DNA of 64,000 bases from a virus. The translations under genes and the position numbers were made by a program. How positions within the stretch are numbered: position 1 is the first letter of the stretch; each line of letters starts with the position of its first letter. The stretch covers positions 1-64,000 of the IMG/VR virus record IMGVR_UViG_3300027708_000057; one strand, 5' to 3'. Below, piece by piece: positions 1 to 7,746 of this stretch. The notes beneath the pieces were generated by a model, which was not told where the DNA came from, did no database searches, and saw only the letters and a list, made by a program, of their open reading frames with translations.

Positions 1-726
1 ATAAGAAACGAACTAGTTAATGGGATATATAAAGGAGATATAAGAATTAAATCTAAATATATATTACCAAATCTATCTGATATTGTAGTTAGTGGATATT
101 TTAATTGTCCTGATAATAAACTTACGTCTTTAAAAGGATCTCCTAAAGAAGTTGGTGGAGATTTTTATTGTCCTTATACTAACCTTACATCTTTAGAAGG
201 AGCTCCGCAAAAAGTTGGTAGAGATTTTAATTGTTCTAGTAATAACCTTACATCTTTAGAAGGAGCTCCTAAAGAAGTTGGTGGAAATTTTAATTGTTCT
301 AATAATAACCTTACATCTTTAGAAGGAGCTCCGCAAAAAGTTGGTAGAGATTTTTATTGTGATAATAATAACCTTACATCTTTAGAAGGAGCTCCGCAAA
401 AAGTTGGTGGATATTTTAATTGTTCTGATAATAAACTTACGTCTTTAAAAGGAGCTCCTAAAGAAGTCCGCGGAGATTTTTATTGTGATAATAATAACCT
501 TACATCTTTAGAAGGAGCTCCTAAAGAAGTCCGCGGAGATTTTTATTGTTTTAATAATAAACTTACATCTTTAGAAGGGGGTCCAAAAGAAGTTGGTGGA
601 TATTTTAATTGTTCTAATAATAAACTTACGTCTTTAAAAGGAGCTCCGCAAAAAGTTGGTGGAAATTTTAATTGTTTAAGAAATCTAGCTAGTCTCGACT
701 ATAAAGCATGGTTGTCAAAACAATAA
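1..726 (+). CDS. C-terminal part of LRR-array protein, copy 1 (5' end outside window)
   Basis: Frame 1 is open from base 1 to TAA at 724-726: IRNELVNGIYKGDIRIKSKYILPNLSDIVVS, then nine 21-aa xxFxCxxNxLTSLxGxPxxVx repeats, then a terminal unit ending LDYKAWLSKQ. Paralog of 17151..19004. Not in the ORF track because it lacks a start codon in the window. Confidence 0.9.
   Translation: MRNELVNGIYKGDIRIKSKYILPNLSDIVVSGYFNCPDNKLTSLKGSPKEVGGDFYCPYTNLTSLEGAPQKVGRDFNCSSNNLTSLEGAPKEVGGNFNCSNNNLTSLEGAPQKVGRDFYCDNNNLTSLEGAPQKVGGYFNCSDNKLTSLKGAPKEVRGDFYCDNNNLTSLEGAPKEVRGDFYCFNNKLTSLEGGPKEVGGYFNCSNNKLTSLKGAPQKVGGNFNCLRNLASLDYKAWLSKQ
94..690 (+). repeat. 63-bp tandem LRR-coding repeat array (about 9.5 units)
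   Basis: Recurrent unit resembling ggagatttttattgttctaataataaacttacatctttagaaggagctcctaaagaagttggt. Confidence 0.95.
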
Positions 727-801
727 TCTTATTATGAATAATAAATGTGTGCCAGGAAATGAACCGTTTGGTTTCGTCAAAGGTATGAAACAAAAAGAAA
801 A

Positions 802-1260
802 ATGAAAAAATCAAAGGAAGATATTCTGGCATCTCTTACTGCTAACACTCCTAAGGAAATGCTGCCTATTGAAGTAGTTCCTGAATATATTGGACCAAGC
901 CATGACGATATTATAAAGGATACTGAAGAAGACTATGCATTTGCAAGAGCACATATGAAGAAACTCATAGATGTTTCTGATGAAGCAATTGCTACATTAG
1001 GAGCATTATGTGCCGATTGTGAACAACCAAAATCCTACGAATTTCTCTCAACATTGATAAAAAACTCTGCAGATATTAATAACAATCTCATGATTCTCCA
1101 AAGAGATCGTAAGAAGCTGATTCAAGATAAACCCAAAGAAACTCAAGCCGGTATTAATGTAGGGGGATCAATTACTACAAATAACAATTCTATCTTTGTA
1201 GGATCTACTATTGAATTGCAGAAGTTTTTGAAAGATCAACAAAAAACTATAGATATATGA
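802..1260 (+). CDS. gp16: Terminase small subunit (T4 gp16-like)
   Basis: Lies directly upstream of the large terminase; DYAFAR and NNNSIFVGSTIELQKFLK motifs typical of T4-like small terminases. Confidence 0.8.
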   Translation: MKKSKEDILASLTANTPKEMLPIEVVPEYIGPSHDDIIKDTEEDYAFARAHMKKLIDVSDEAIATLGALCADCEQPKSYEFLSTLIKNSADINNNLMILQRDRKKLIQDKPKETQAGINVGGSITTNNNSIFVGSTIELQKFLKDQQKTIDI

Positions 1261-1670
1261 TTTTTGATAATCAAAAAACTAAGGAAAATGGATATTTGGG
1301 AAATCTCAATGTAAAGAAAAATGGAGTAAATATAGACTTTACATCAGAACAGATTACTGAATATGTTAAATGTATGCAGGATCCTGCATATTTTATCTGT
1401 AACTATGTTAAAATTATAAGTTTGGATGATGGATTAGTTAATTTTAAATTGCGAGGATATCAGGAAAATCTGATTAGCCATATTACTGATAACAAATTTA
1501 TTGCAGTACTAGCGCCGAGACAATCGTCCAAGTGCCAACATATAAATACAATCGTAACCATTCGTAATAAGATGACAGGTTTAATTGAAAAAATAACAGT
1601 TGGAGATTTATATGAAAGAACTAAAATAAATTTGTCACAAGATATTGACAGAGACCAAACCAAACACTAG
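1257..1670 (+). CDS. gp17: Terminase large subunit fragment 1 (aa 1-92) fused to a 45-aa split-intein N-fragment
   Basis: YLGNLNVK, DPAYFICNYVKI, YQE and Walker A start APRQSSK, followed by intein-like CQHINTIVTIRNKMTGLIEKITVGDLY. Confidence 0.92.
   Translation: MIFDNQKTKENGYLGNLNVKKNGVNIDFTSEQITEYVKCMQDPAYFICNYVKIISLDDGLVNFKLRGYQENLISHITDNKFIAVLAPRQSSKCQHINTIVTIRNKMTGLIEKITVGDLYERTKINLSQDIDRDQTKH
1533..1667 (+). mobile_element. Split intein A, N-fragment (45 aa)
   Basis: Starts with Cys directly after the Walker A Lys; block A pattern C....T.V.....G.....I.DL. Confidence 0.85.
1541..1548 (+). promoter_or_regulatory. T4-type late promoter inside the IntN coding sequence, upstream of the endonuclease gene
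   Basis: Exact TATAAATA about 100 bp before the ATG at 1645. Confidence 0.55.
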
Positions 1671-2685
1671 AAAATTACATCCATTATATACTGAATATAT
1701 TTCTCATATAATAGAAACTCATGATAAAGTTTTCGAAAACTTTAAAACTAAAAGTCCTGTAATAAAAATTAGCAGGCTTTTTAATGCGTTAACTAAAGAT
1801 CATGAAGAAGGGGAAGTTGAATGTCAAATATGTAAACTATATAAAAGAAACAGCATAATTCAACACGTTAATATTTCTCATGGATTGTCTGGAAAAGAAT
1901 ATAAGAAACTATATAATGCAGAATTAGTATCTGATGGAATCAAAGAATATTCATCAGAAAAAATCAAAGGTGATAAAAATCCCGGCTGGCAGCATGGTGG
2001 GAGATTGTCTCCATTTTCAGAAAAATTCGTGAAGTATCAAGGAAAACCTAAGGAAGAAATCTCAGAATCTCTTAGAGAATTATATGAAAAAGTCGGATCA
2101 TCGAATAAAGAAAATGGAAACAATAATAAGACTATAATATATTGGACTTCGAGGGGATATTCAGAAGGAGATGCTAAAAAAGAACTTTCAAAACGAGGAA
2201 TTACATTTTCATTGGAAACTTGTATTGAAAAACATGGAGAAGAGATTGGTAGAAAACTATGGTTGGAACGTCAAGAAAAATGGCAAAAAACAATGAAATC
2301 AAAACCAATAGAAGAAATTGAACGAATCAATCGGGATAAATCTACTGGGCGAATGTGTCAGTTATTTAATAGTAATCCAGAAGTGAAACTTATTCCCAGT
2401 TTGTTATATTATGTTCGATTTTTTAATGATGATAATAGTGTTGAGTTTTGGAAAGTTGGAATTACATCACATGATCAAGTATCTAAAAGATTTCCTTCTA
2501 TTAAACGATATGGTTTACAATATGAAATAATATCTACAAATATTAATATGAATTTTTATGATGCATTTAAAGCTGAACAAAATTTTCTCCATAAATATAA
2601 AGAACATAGAATTAATATTGATTATAATGGATTTACAACAACAGAATCATTTTCAATCAATGTCTTGAATAATCAAATATTATGA
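1645..2685 (+). CDS. Free-standing homing endonuclease (GIY-YIG-like C-terminus, Zn finger, NUMOD-like motif) between the halves of split intein A
   Basis: CQIC...H...H Zn finger, GDKNPGW, LLYYVRF...FWKVGIT...RF; overlaps both terminase fragments. Confidence 0.75.
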   Translation: MTETKPNTRKLHPLYTEYISHIIETHDKVFENFKTKSPVIKISRLFNALTKDHEEGEVECQICKLYKRNSIIQHVNISHGLSGKEYKKLYNAELVSDGIKEYSSEKIKGDKNPGWQHGGRLSPFSEKFVKYQGKPKEEISESLRELYEKVGSSNKENGNNNKTIIYWTSRGYSEGDAKKELSKRGITFSLETCIEKHGEEIGRKLWLERQEKWQKTMKSKPIEEIERINRDKSTGRMCQLFNSNPEVKLIPSLLYYVRFFNDDNSVEFWKVGITSHDQVSKRFPSIKRYGLQYEIISTNINMNFYDAFKAEQNFLHKYKEHRINIDYNGFTTTESFSINVLNNQIL

Positions 2686-3050
2686 GTCCTTTATTATCTG
2701 AAACAGTTAAAAGAAAGTTCATTGATACTCTTCCTATAGATGATTATGAAATTCTGACAGATACTGGATGGGAAGACCTTACTCATATTAATGTAACTAT
2801 TCCATATGATGAATATGAGATTACATTAAAGGATAATAAATCTATGATATGCGCGGATACTCACATTTTCTTTAATGAAAATACTGAAGAAATCTTCGCA
2901 AAGGATTGTGATAATATCAAAATTCAAACAGTGGACGGGCCAATTCAAGTTGAGTCTGTTATCAAAAATGGTAAACAATCCAATATGTTTGATCTATCTG
3001 TAAATTCCGACAATAACAGATATTATACAAATGATATTTTGAGCCATAAT
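2682..3050 (+). mobile_element. Split intein A, C-fragment (123 aa)
   Basis: Block B CADTH, block F MFDLSV, C-terminal HN followed by Ser. Confidence 0.9.
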
Positions 3051-4076
3051 AGCACTACTGCTATTGCCTGGTTGTTTTGGTATATCATGTTTAATGCTGA
3101 TAAACAGGTTGGAATTCTTGCAAATAAAGGGGCTATATCTCGTGAAATGCTTGCTAGATTTACCTTAATGTTAGAAAATCTTCCATTCTGGTTACAACCC
3201 GGATGTAAGGTGCTTAATAAGGGTTCTATCAAATTTTCACATAATTCCGAAATTATTGCGGCTGCCACATCATCATCTAGTATTCGTGGAAGAAGTCTTA
3301 ACTGTGTTACAGGTGATACTAAAATATGTATATCAGCCAGAGATGGTATTTATTATATGACTACCATAGAGAATTTATATACAAATTTTTCTTATGGTAT
3401 GAAAGTAAAAACAAAGGAGGGGTTTAAGCCCTTTGATGGTGTATTAGATCAAGGGGTTTCAGAAAAAATATTATCTATATTTCTTAATAATGGGGAAACA
3501 TTAAATTGTACATATGATCATAAACTTTTATTAAATGATGGAATTTCTTTTATACCAGCAAGATTCTTAGAAAATAATGACATCTTATATCCTGATATAC
3601 AAATAATCAATATATCTGAGCATAAACCAGAAAAAGTATATGATCTTATAAATGTAAAAGATACACATTCTTATTTTACAAATGGTATTATTAGTCACAA
3701 TTGTCTAATGCTCGATGAGTTTGCATTCGTAAATAATGCCGACGAATTTTACACAGGTGTTTATCCGGTTATTACATCTGGCACAGATGTAAAAGTAATT
3801 ATTACATCTACACCGAACGGAGTTGGTAATATGTTTTATAAAATTTGGGAAGGAGCCATTCAAGGAACCAATGATTTTAAACCATTTCGTATTAGGTGGC
3901 AAGAAATACCCGGTAGAGATGAGGTGTGGAAAAGACAAACTATTGCAAATACTTCTATTGTAAAATTTTCTCAGGAATTTGAATGCATTTCATTTTCTTC
4001 AGATATTACTATAAAAGATACTACTACTGGTATTATTTCTAATAAGAAAATAGGAGAACTTCATTCCATTTTGTGA
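2682..4076 (+). CDS. gp17: Terminase large subunit fragment 2: IntC(A) - extein - cis mini-intein - extein - IntN(B)
   Basis: ...ILSHN|STTAIAW, ILANKG, RGRSLN|C...ISHN|CLMLDEFAF (Walker B), ITSTPNG, FSQEFE|CISFSS. Confidence 0.93.
   Translation: MSPLLSETVKRKFIDTLPIDDYEILTDTGWEDLTHINVTIPYDEYEITLKDNKSMICADTHIFFNENTEEIFAKDCDNIKIQTVDGPIQVESVIKNGKQSNMFDLSVNSDNNRYYTNDILSHNSTTAIAWLFWYIMFNADKQVGILANKGAISREMLARFTLMLENLPFWLQPGCKVLNKGSIKFSHNSEIIAAATSSSSIRGRSLNCVTGDTKICISARDGIYYMTTIENLYTNFSYGMKVKTKEGFKPFDGVLDQGVSEKILSIFLNNGETLNCTYDHKLLLNDGISFIPARFLENNDILYPDIQIINISEHKPEKVYDLINVKDTHSYFTNGIISHNCLMLDEFAFVNNADEFYTGVYPVITSGTDVKVIITSTPNGVGNMFYKIWEGAIQGTNDFKPFRIRWQEIPGRDEVWKRQTIANTSIVKFSQEFECISFSSDITIKDTTTGIISNKKIGELHSIL
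3303..3701 (+). mobile_element. Contiguous mini-intein (133 aa) in terminase, just before Walker B
   Basis: CVTGDT...CTYDH...VYDLINV...ISHN followed by Cys. Confidence 0.93.
3984..4073 (+). mobile_element. Split intein B, N-fragment (30 aa)
   Basis: CISFSSDITIKDTTTGIISNKKIGELHSIL* after QEFE. Confidence 0.88.
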
Positions 4077-4399
4077 AACCTAACTTTAAATACGAAATTC
4101 TTACTACGAAAGGTTTCAAGAAGTTTGATGGGATTTCTAAACAATCTTCATCAAAAACATATACTATTATTGGAGAAACTTTAGAATCTATTGTTGCAAC
4201 TGAAAATCATAAATTTCAATGCTCCGATGATTCATGGGTGTCAGTTCTGGATTTGCTTACTACACATAGAAACTCTATTCTCAAAAATATCGGAGAAATT
4301 GTTGATATATCTCCAAATAATATTACAGAAGATGTATATGATTTGATTAATGTCGCTGATACTAAATCCTTCATTGCATCTGGTTTTATATCTCATAAT
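4073..4399 (+). mobile_element. Split intein B, C-fragment (109 aa)
   Basis: Blocks B, F and G present; ends HN followed by Cys. Confidence 0.9.
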
Positions 4400-5203
4400 T
4401 GTGAATTCATCGGATCTGCTCAAACTTTAATTTCTTCTAATATTCTTCTAGGTCTTACTTCCCGAGAACCTATTAAGACTCAATATGAAATTAAATATTA
4501 TATTGAACCGTTGGAAGGGCATGTTTATATAATGACAGTTGATGTTAGTAAAGGCCGAGGGCAAGATTATTCAACATTCTCCATTTTTGATATTACAGAA
4601 CAACCCTTTAAACAAGTTTGCACATTTCGAGATAATATGATTTCTCCGTTAATGTTTCCCGAATATATTATCCGAGGAGCTAAATTATATAATAATGCTA
4701 TTGTTATTATTGAAAATAATGATGTAGGACAAGTTGTTTGTAATTCTGTATATTATGATTATGAATATGATAATCTATTTGTACAATCTTCTCTTAAGGC
4801 TTCAGGTGTTGGAGTTACTATGACTAAGAGGGTCAAACGCGTAGGTTGTTCTAACTTGAAAGATTTGCTTGAACAAGGAAAGTTAGAAGTATATGATGCA
4901 AATACAATAATTGAATTGACTTCATTTGAACCTAAGGGTGAAAGTTATGCAGCATCAGGGTCTAATCATGATGATATGGTCATGAATTTAGTATTATTTG
5001 CATGGTTTGTTTCAACAGAAGCTTTTGGAAATATATCATCCATTGATTTAAAATCATTATTGTATGCCGATAAGATTAAGGAAATGGAAGAGAATGATTT
5101 GCCATTCGCCATAATGACTTCTGAATATAACGAATATTCCAGCCCATCGATGGAGTATTATGAGAAAGCTAAGGCCGAACTTGAAGAGTGGGGTCACTTA
5201 TAA
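4073..5203 (+). CDS. gp17: Terminase large subunit fragment 3: IntC(B) (109 aa) plus nuclease domain
   Basis: ATENH, VYDLINV, ISHN|CEFIGS; RNase H-like motifs TVDVSKGRGQDYS, IENND, HDDMVM; GTG start overlaps the TGA of fragment 2. Confidence 0.93.
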   Translation: MKPNFKYEILTTKGFKKFDGISKQSSSKTYTIIGETLESIVATENHKFQCSDDSWVSVLDLLTTHRNSILKNIGEIVDISPNNITEDVYDLINVADTKSFIASGFISHNCEFIGSAQTLISSNILLGLTSREPIKTQYEIKYYIEPLEGHVYIMTVDVSKGRGQDYSTFSIFDITEQPFKQVCTFRDNMISPLMFPEYIIRGAKLYNNAIVIIENNDVGQVVCNSVYYDYEYDNLFVQSSLKASGVGVTMTKRVKRVGCSNLKDLLEQGKLEVYDANTIIELTSFEPKGESYAASGSNHDDMVMNLVLFAWFVSTEAFGNISSIDLKSLLYADKIKEMEENDLPFAIMTSEYNEYSSPSMEYYEKAKAELEEWGHL

Positions 5204-5217
5204 AAATGCTCAAAAAA

Positions 5218-5225
5218 TATAAATA
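5218..5225 (+). promoter_or_regulatory. T4-type late promoter
   Basis: TATAAATA upstream of tail sheath gene. Confidence 0.75.
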
Positions 5226-5287
5226 GAATTGAGTGAATTCTTCCTTATCATGAGTTTCTTATTATTAACACCCTCGAAAACAAATAT

Positions 5288-7102
5288 ATGTCTACCCTAT
5301 TATCAGCAGGAATTTCGGTCACTGAATCTGACTTAATTTCCTATATACCTCCTGTATCATCTTCAATTGCGGCCTATGTAGGTCATTTCAATTGGGGGCC
5401 TGCAGATGAATTAGTAAATGTAAATTCCGAAAAAGCTTTAGCTACTATCTTTGGCGCGCCAAATATTAATGCTCATGCTGAATCGAATTTTATTACTTCT
5501 TATTTGACTGCTGCGGCCTTTTTTCAATATGGCAACTCCATGAGAGTTGTACGTTCCGTTTCGGATAGTGCAACAAATGCAGTTGGATATATGGAAACTT
5601 ATGGTAACTCTTCAGCCACAGGACTTCTTATTAGAAATAAGGAAGCGTTTGATATTCATAACTTTGCTACCTTATCTCCAAATCATACCCATGATCTCAT
5701 CTTTGCTCGTTATCCAGGAAACCTTGGCAATGGGCTTGAAGTTCAATTTTATCATTTTGATAACTGCCCTCCTTCAGATATTTCAGTTTCAAATTCGTTA
5801 GCTAAAGATTGTAAAAGTTATTTTGGTAAATTGCCAACTACTACATATTGGGCTTCTAATTCACAAGTTCCATTTCTAGAGAATGATGAAATTTATATCA
5901 CAGTAACTGATAGTCTTGGTTACATTTCGGGATCTCCTGGAACTATACTTGAATCATATCAAGGTTTATCATTGTCATCTGGAGCGAAAACCAGCACTGG
6001 TTCTAACAACTACTATGTTGATGCTATTAATGAGGGATCTTCTTACATTTACATCAATGAAACTGCCCATAATTATGGGGTGCTTGCAACATTACATTCT
6101 GGTTCCAATATGTATAATCTTACTCATGAAAATGCCAATTTTATATTTACTGGAGGTTTAAATGGCACCAGTTCAGACTTAGTGTTTTCTTCGGACAATG
6201 TTTATAAGTCATTAACTCTTCTATTATTCTTGGATACTGAAAACACTATCATTGATTTATTGTGTGCGGAATCCTTTGAATCTGACACTATAGGATCAAA
6301 TCCTGCAGCTAATGCCAAGGTGAAGAATCAATTACTTAGTATTGCAGAAACTCGAAGAGATTTAATGGTATTCATCTCGGCACCTCTTGATCTATATAGA
6401 CAACAAACCACTCAAAAACTTCAATGGGTTCTTAGTGGAAGAGACAATCTTTCAGATCCTAGTTCGAGCTTTTCATTCTATGATAATACTCCGGTATATG
6501 TTTATAACAAATATACTGACAAATATTATTGGACTCCTGCTTGTACTCATATGGCTGGTTTGTGTGCATTCACAGATTCTATTACAGATCCATGGTTTTC
6601 TCCTGCTGGGCTTAATCGCGGTTCTCTTCGTGGAGTTACTAAGTTGGCATATAATGCTGCACAACAAGATCGGGATGATCTTTATAATGACAATATCAAT
6701 GCTATTATAAGCATTCCTGGAAGCGGTATTGTTCTTTATGGTGATAAAACGGGATTATCTCGACCATCATCATTTGATCGAATTAATGTTCGCCGACTAT
6801 TCATTAATATTGAAAAGGCTTGTCGTAAAGCTAGTCGCTATCAATTGTTTGAATTGAATGATGAGTTTACTCAACGAGCATTCCGCAATACTATTAATCC
6901 ATATCTCAGAGATATTCAATCGAGACGCGGCATTATTGATTTTGCGGTTGTTTGTGATTCTACGAATAATACTCCGGCCGTGGTATCTTCTAATAGATTT
7001 GTTGCTGACATTTATATCAAGCCAGCCTTCTCTATTAATTACATTCAACTTAACTTTATTGCTACGCGTGATACTATCACATTTACTCAAATTTCAGGTT
7101 AA
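5288..7102 (+). CDS. gp18: Tail sheath protein
   Basis: GHFNWGP, PWFSPAG.NRG, LYGDKT, FDRINVRRLF, IKPAFSINYI.LNF.A. Confidence 0.97.
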   Translation: MSTLLSAGISVTESDLISYIPPVSSSIAAYVGHFNWGPADELVNVNSEKALATIFGAPNINAHAESNFITSYLTAAAFFQYGNSMRVVRSVSDSATNAVGYMETYGNSSATGLLIRNKEAFDIHNFATLSPNHTHDLIFARYPGNLGNGLEVQFYHFDNCPPSDISVSNSLAKDCKSYFGKLPTTTYWASNSQVPFLENDEIYITVTDSLGYISGSPGTILESYQGLSLSSGAKTSTGSNNYYVDAINEGSSYIYINETAHNYGVLATLHSGSNMYNLTHENANFIFTGGLNGTSSDLVFSSDNVYKSLTLLLFLDTENTIIDLLCAESFESDTIGSNPAANAKVKNQLLSIAETRRDLMVFISAPLDLYRQQTTQKLQWVLSGRDNLSDPSSSFSFYDNTPVYVYNKYTDKYYWTPACTHMAGLCAFTDSITDPWFSPAGLNRGSLRGVTKLAYNAAQQDRDDLYNDNINAIISIPGSGIVLYGDKTGLSRPSSFDRINVRRLFINIEKACRKASRYQLFELNDEFTQRAFRNTINPYLRDIQSRRGIIDFAVVCDSTNNTPAVVSSNRFVADIYIKPAFSINYIQLNFIATRDTITFTQISG

Positions 7103-7124
7103 TTTTATAAACATTAAAAACTAA

Positions 7125-7132
7125 TATAAATA
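7125..7132 (+). promoter_or_regulatory. T4-type late promoter
   Basis: TATAAATA upstream of tail tube gene. Confidence 0.75.
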
Positions 7133-7140
7133 ATAATAAT

Positions 7141-7683
7141 ATGAGTCAAGGAATATCACAATTTAAAGGGCAATTTAATGGTGGAGGTGCTCGACCTAAT
7201 CTATTCAAAGTAGCTATGCAATTTCCCGGAAGTGTTGGAGTAAATGCATCTCAACTTTCGGAATATATGATTAAGGCTGCTTCATTACCATCGAGTGTAG
7301 TTGGAGAAATATCTGTTGGATATCGCGGGCGTAAATTGAAAATTGCCGGAGATCGTGTGTTTGCCAATTGGACCGTCACTGTATATAATGACACTGATAT
7401 GTTATTACGAAATGCGTTCGAATCTTGGATGAGTCTTATCGGGCAAAATGCGGCAAATATATCAAATTCAAATCCTCCCTTGGATGGATATATGACTGAT
7501 CTTGCTGTATATCAATTGGATCGCCAAGAAAATGTTACTAAATCCTATAAGTTTATTGATGCATGGCCAGTAAATATTCAGGACATTCCTCTAGACTTTG
7601 ATACCAATGATGCTATTGAAGAATTTACAGTTGAGTTTGCATATCAGTATTGGGTTTCTCCAGCTGATGGGCAAACTATGTAA
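7141..7683 (+). CDS. gp19: Tail tube protein
   Basis: GGARPNLF, GRKLKIAGDR.F..WTVT..ND, IEEFTVEFAYQYW. Confidence 0.97.
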   Translation: MSQGISQFKGQFNGGGARPNLFKVAMQFPGSVGVNASQLSEYMIKAASLPSSVVGEISVGYRGRKLKIAGDRVFANWTVTVYNDTDMLLRNAFESWMSLIGQNAANISNSNPPLDGYMTDLAVYQLDRQENVTKSYKFIDAWPVNIQDIPLDFDTNDAIEEFTVEFAYQYWVSPADGQTM

Positions 7684-7697
7684 TATCGACTATTATT

Positions 7698-7733
7698 GTC
7701 CGACTATCTCTAAATTATGAGGGATAGTCGGAC
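7698..7733 (+). terminator. Stem-loop between tail tube and portal genes
   Basis: gtccgactatctct / agggatagtcggac inverted repeat. Confidence 0.6.
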
Positions 7734-7746
7734 TTATATATAATTT

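Larger units (their letters stand above)
1..744 (+). repeat. Dispersed direct repeat, partner at 18279..19022
   Basis: Bases 1-96 are identical to 18279-18374. The 3' part gactataaagcatggttg(t/a)caaaacaataatcttattatgaataataa is shared past the stop codon. Offset is a constant 18278. Confidence 0.95.

Noticed and set aside
94-690. 63-bp repeats as a CRISPR array
   Set aside because: No unique spacers; the repeats are in-frame protein-coding units.
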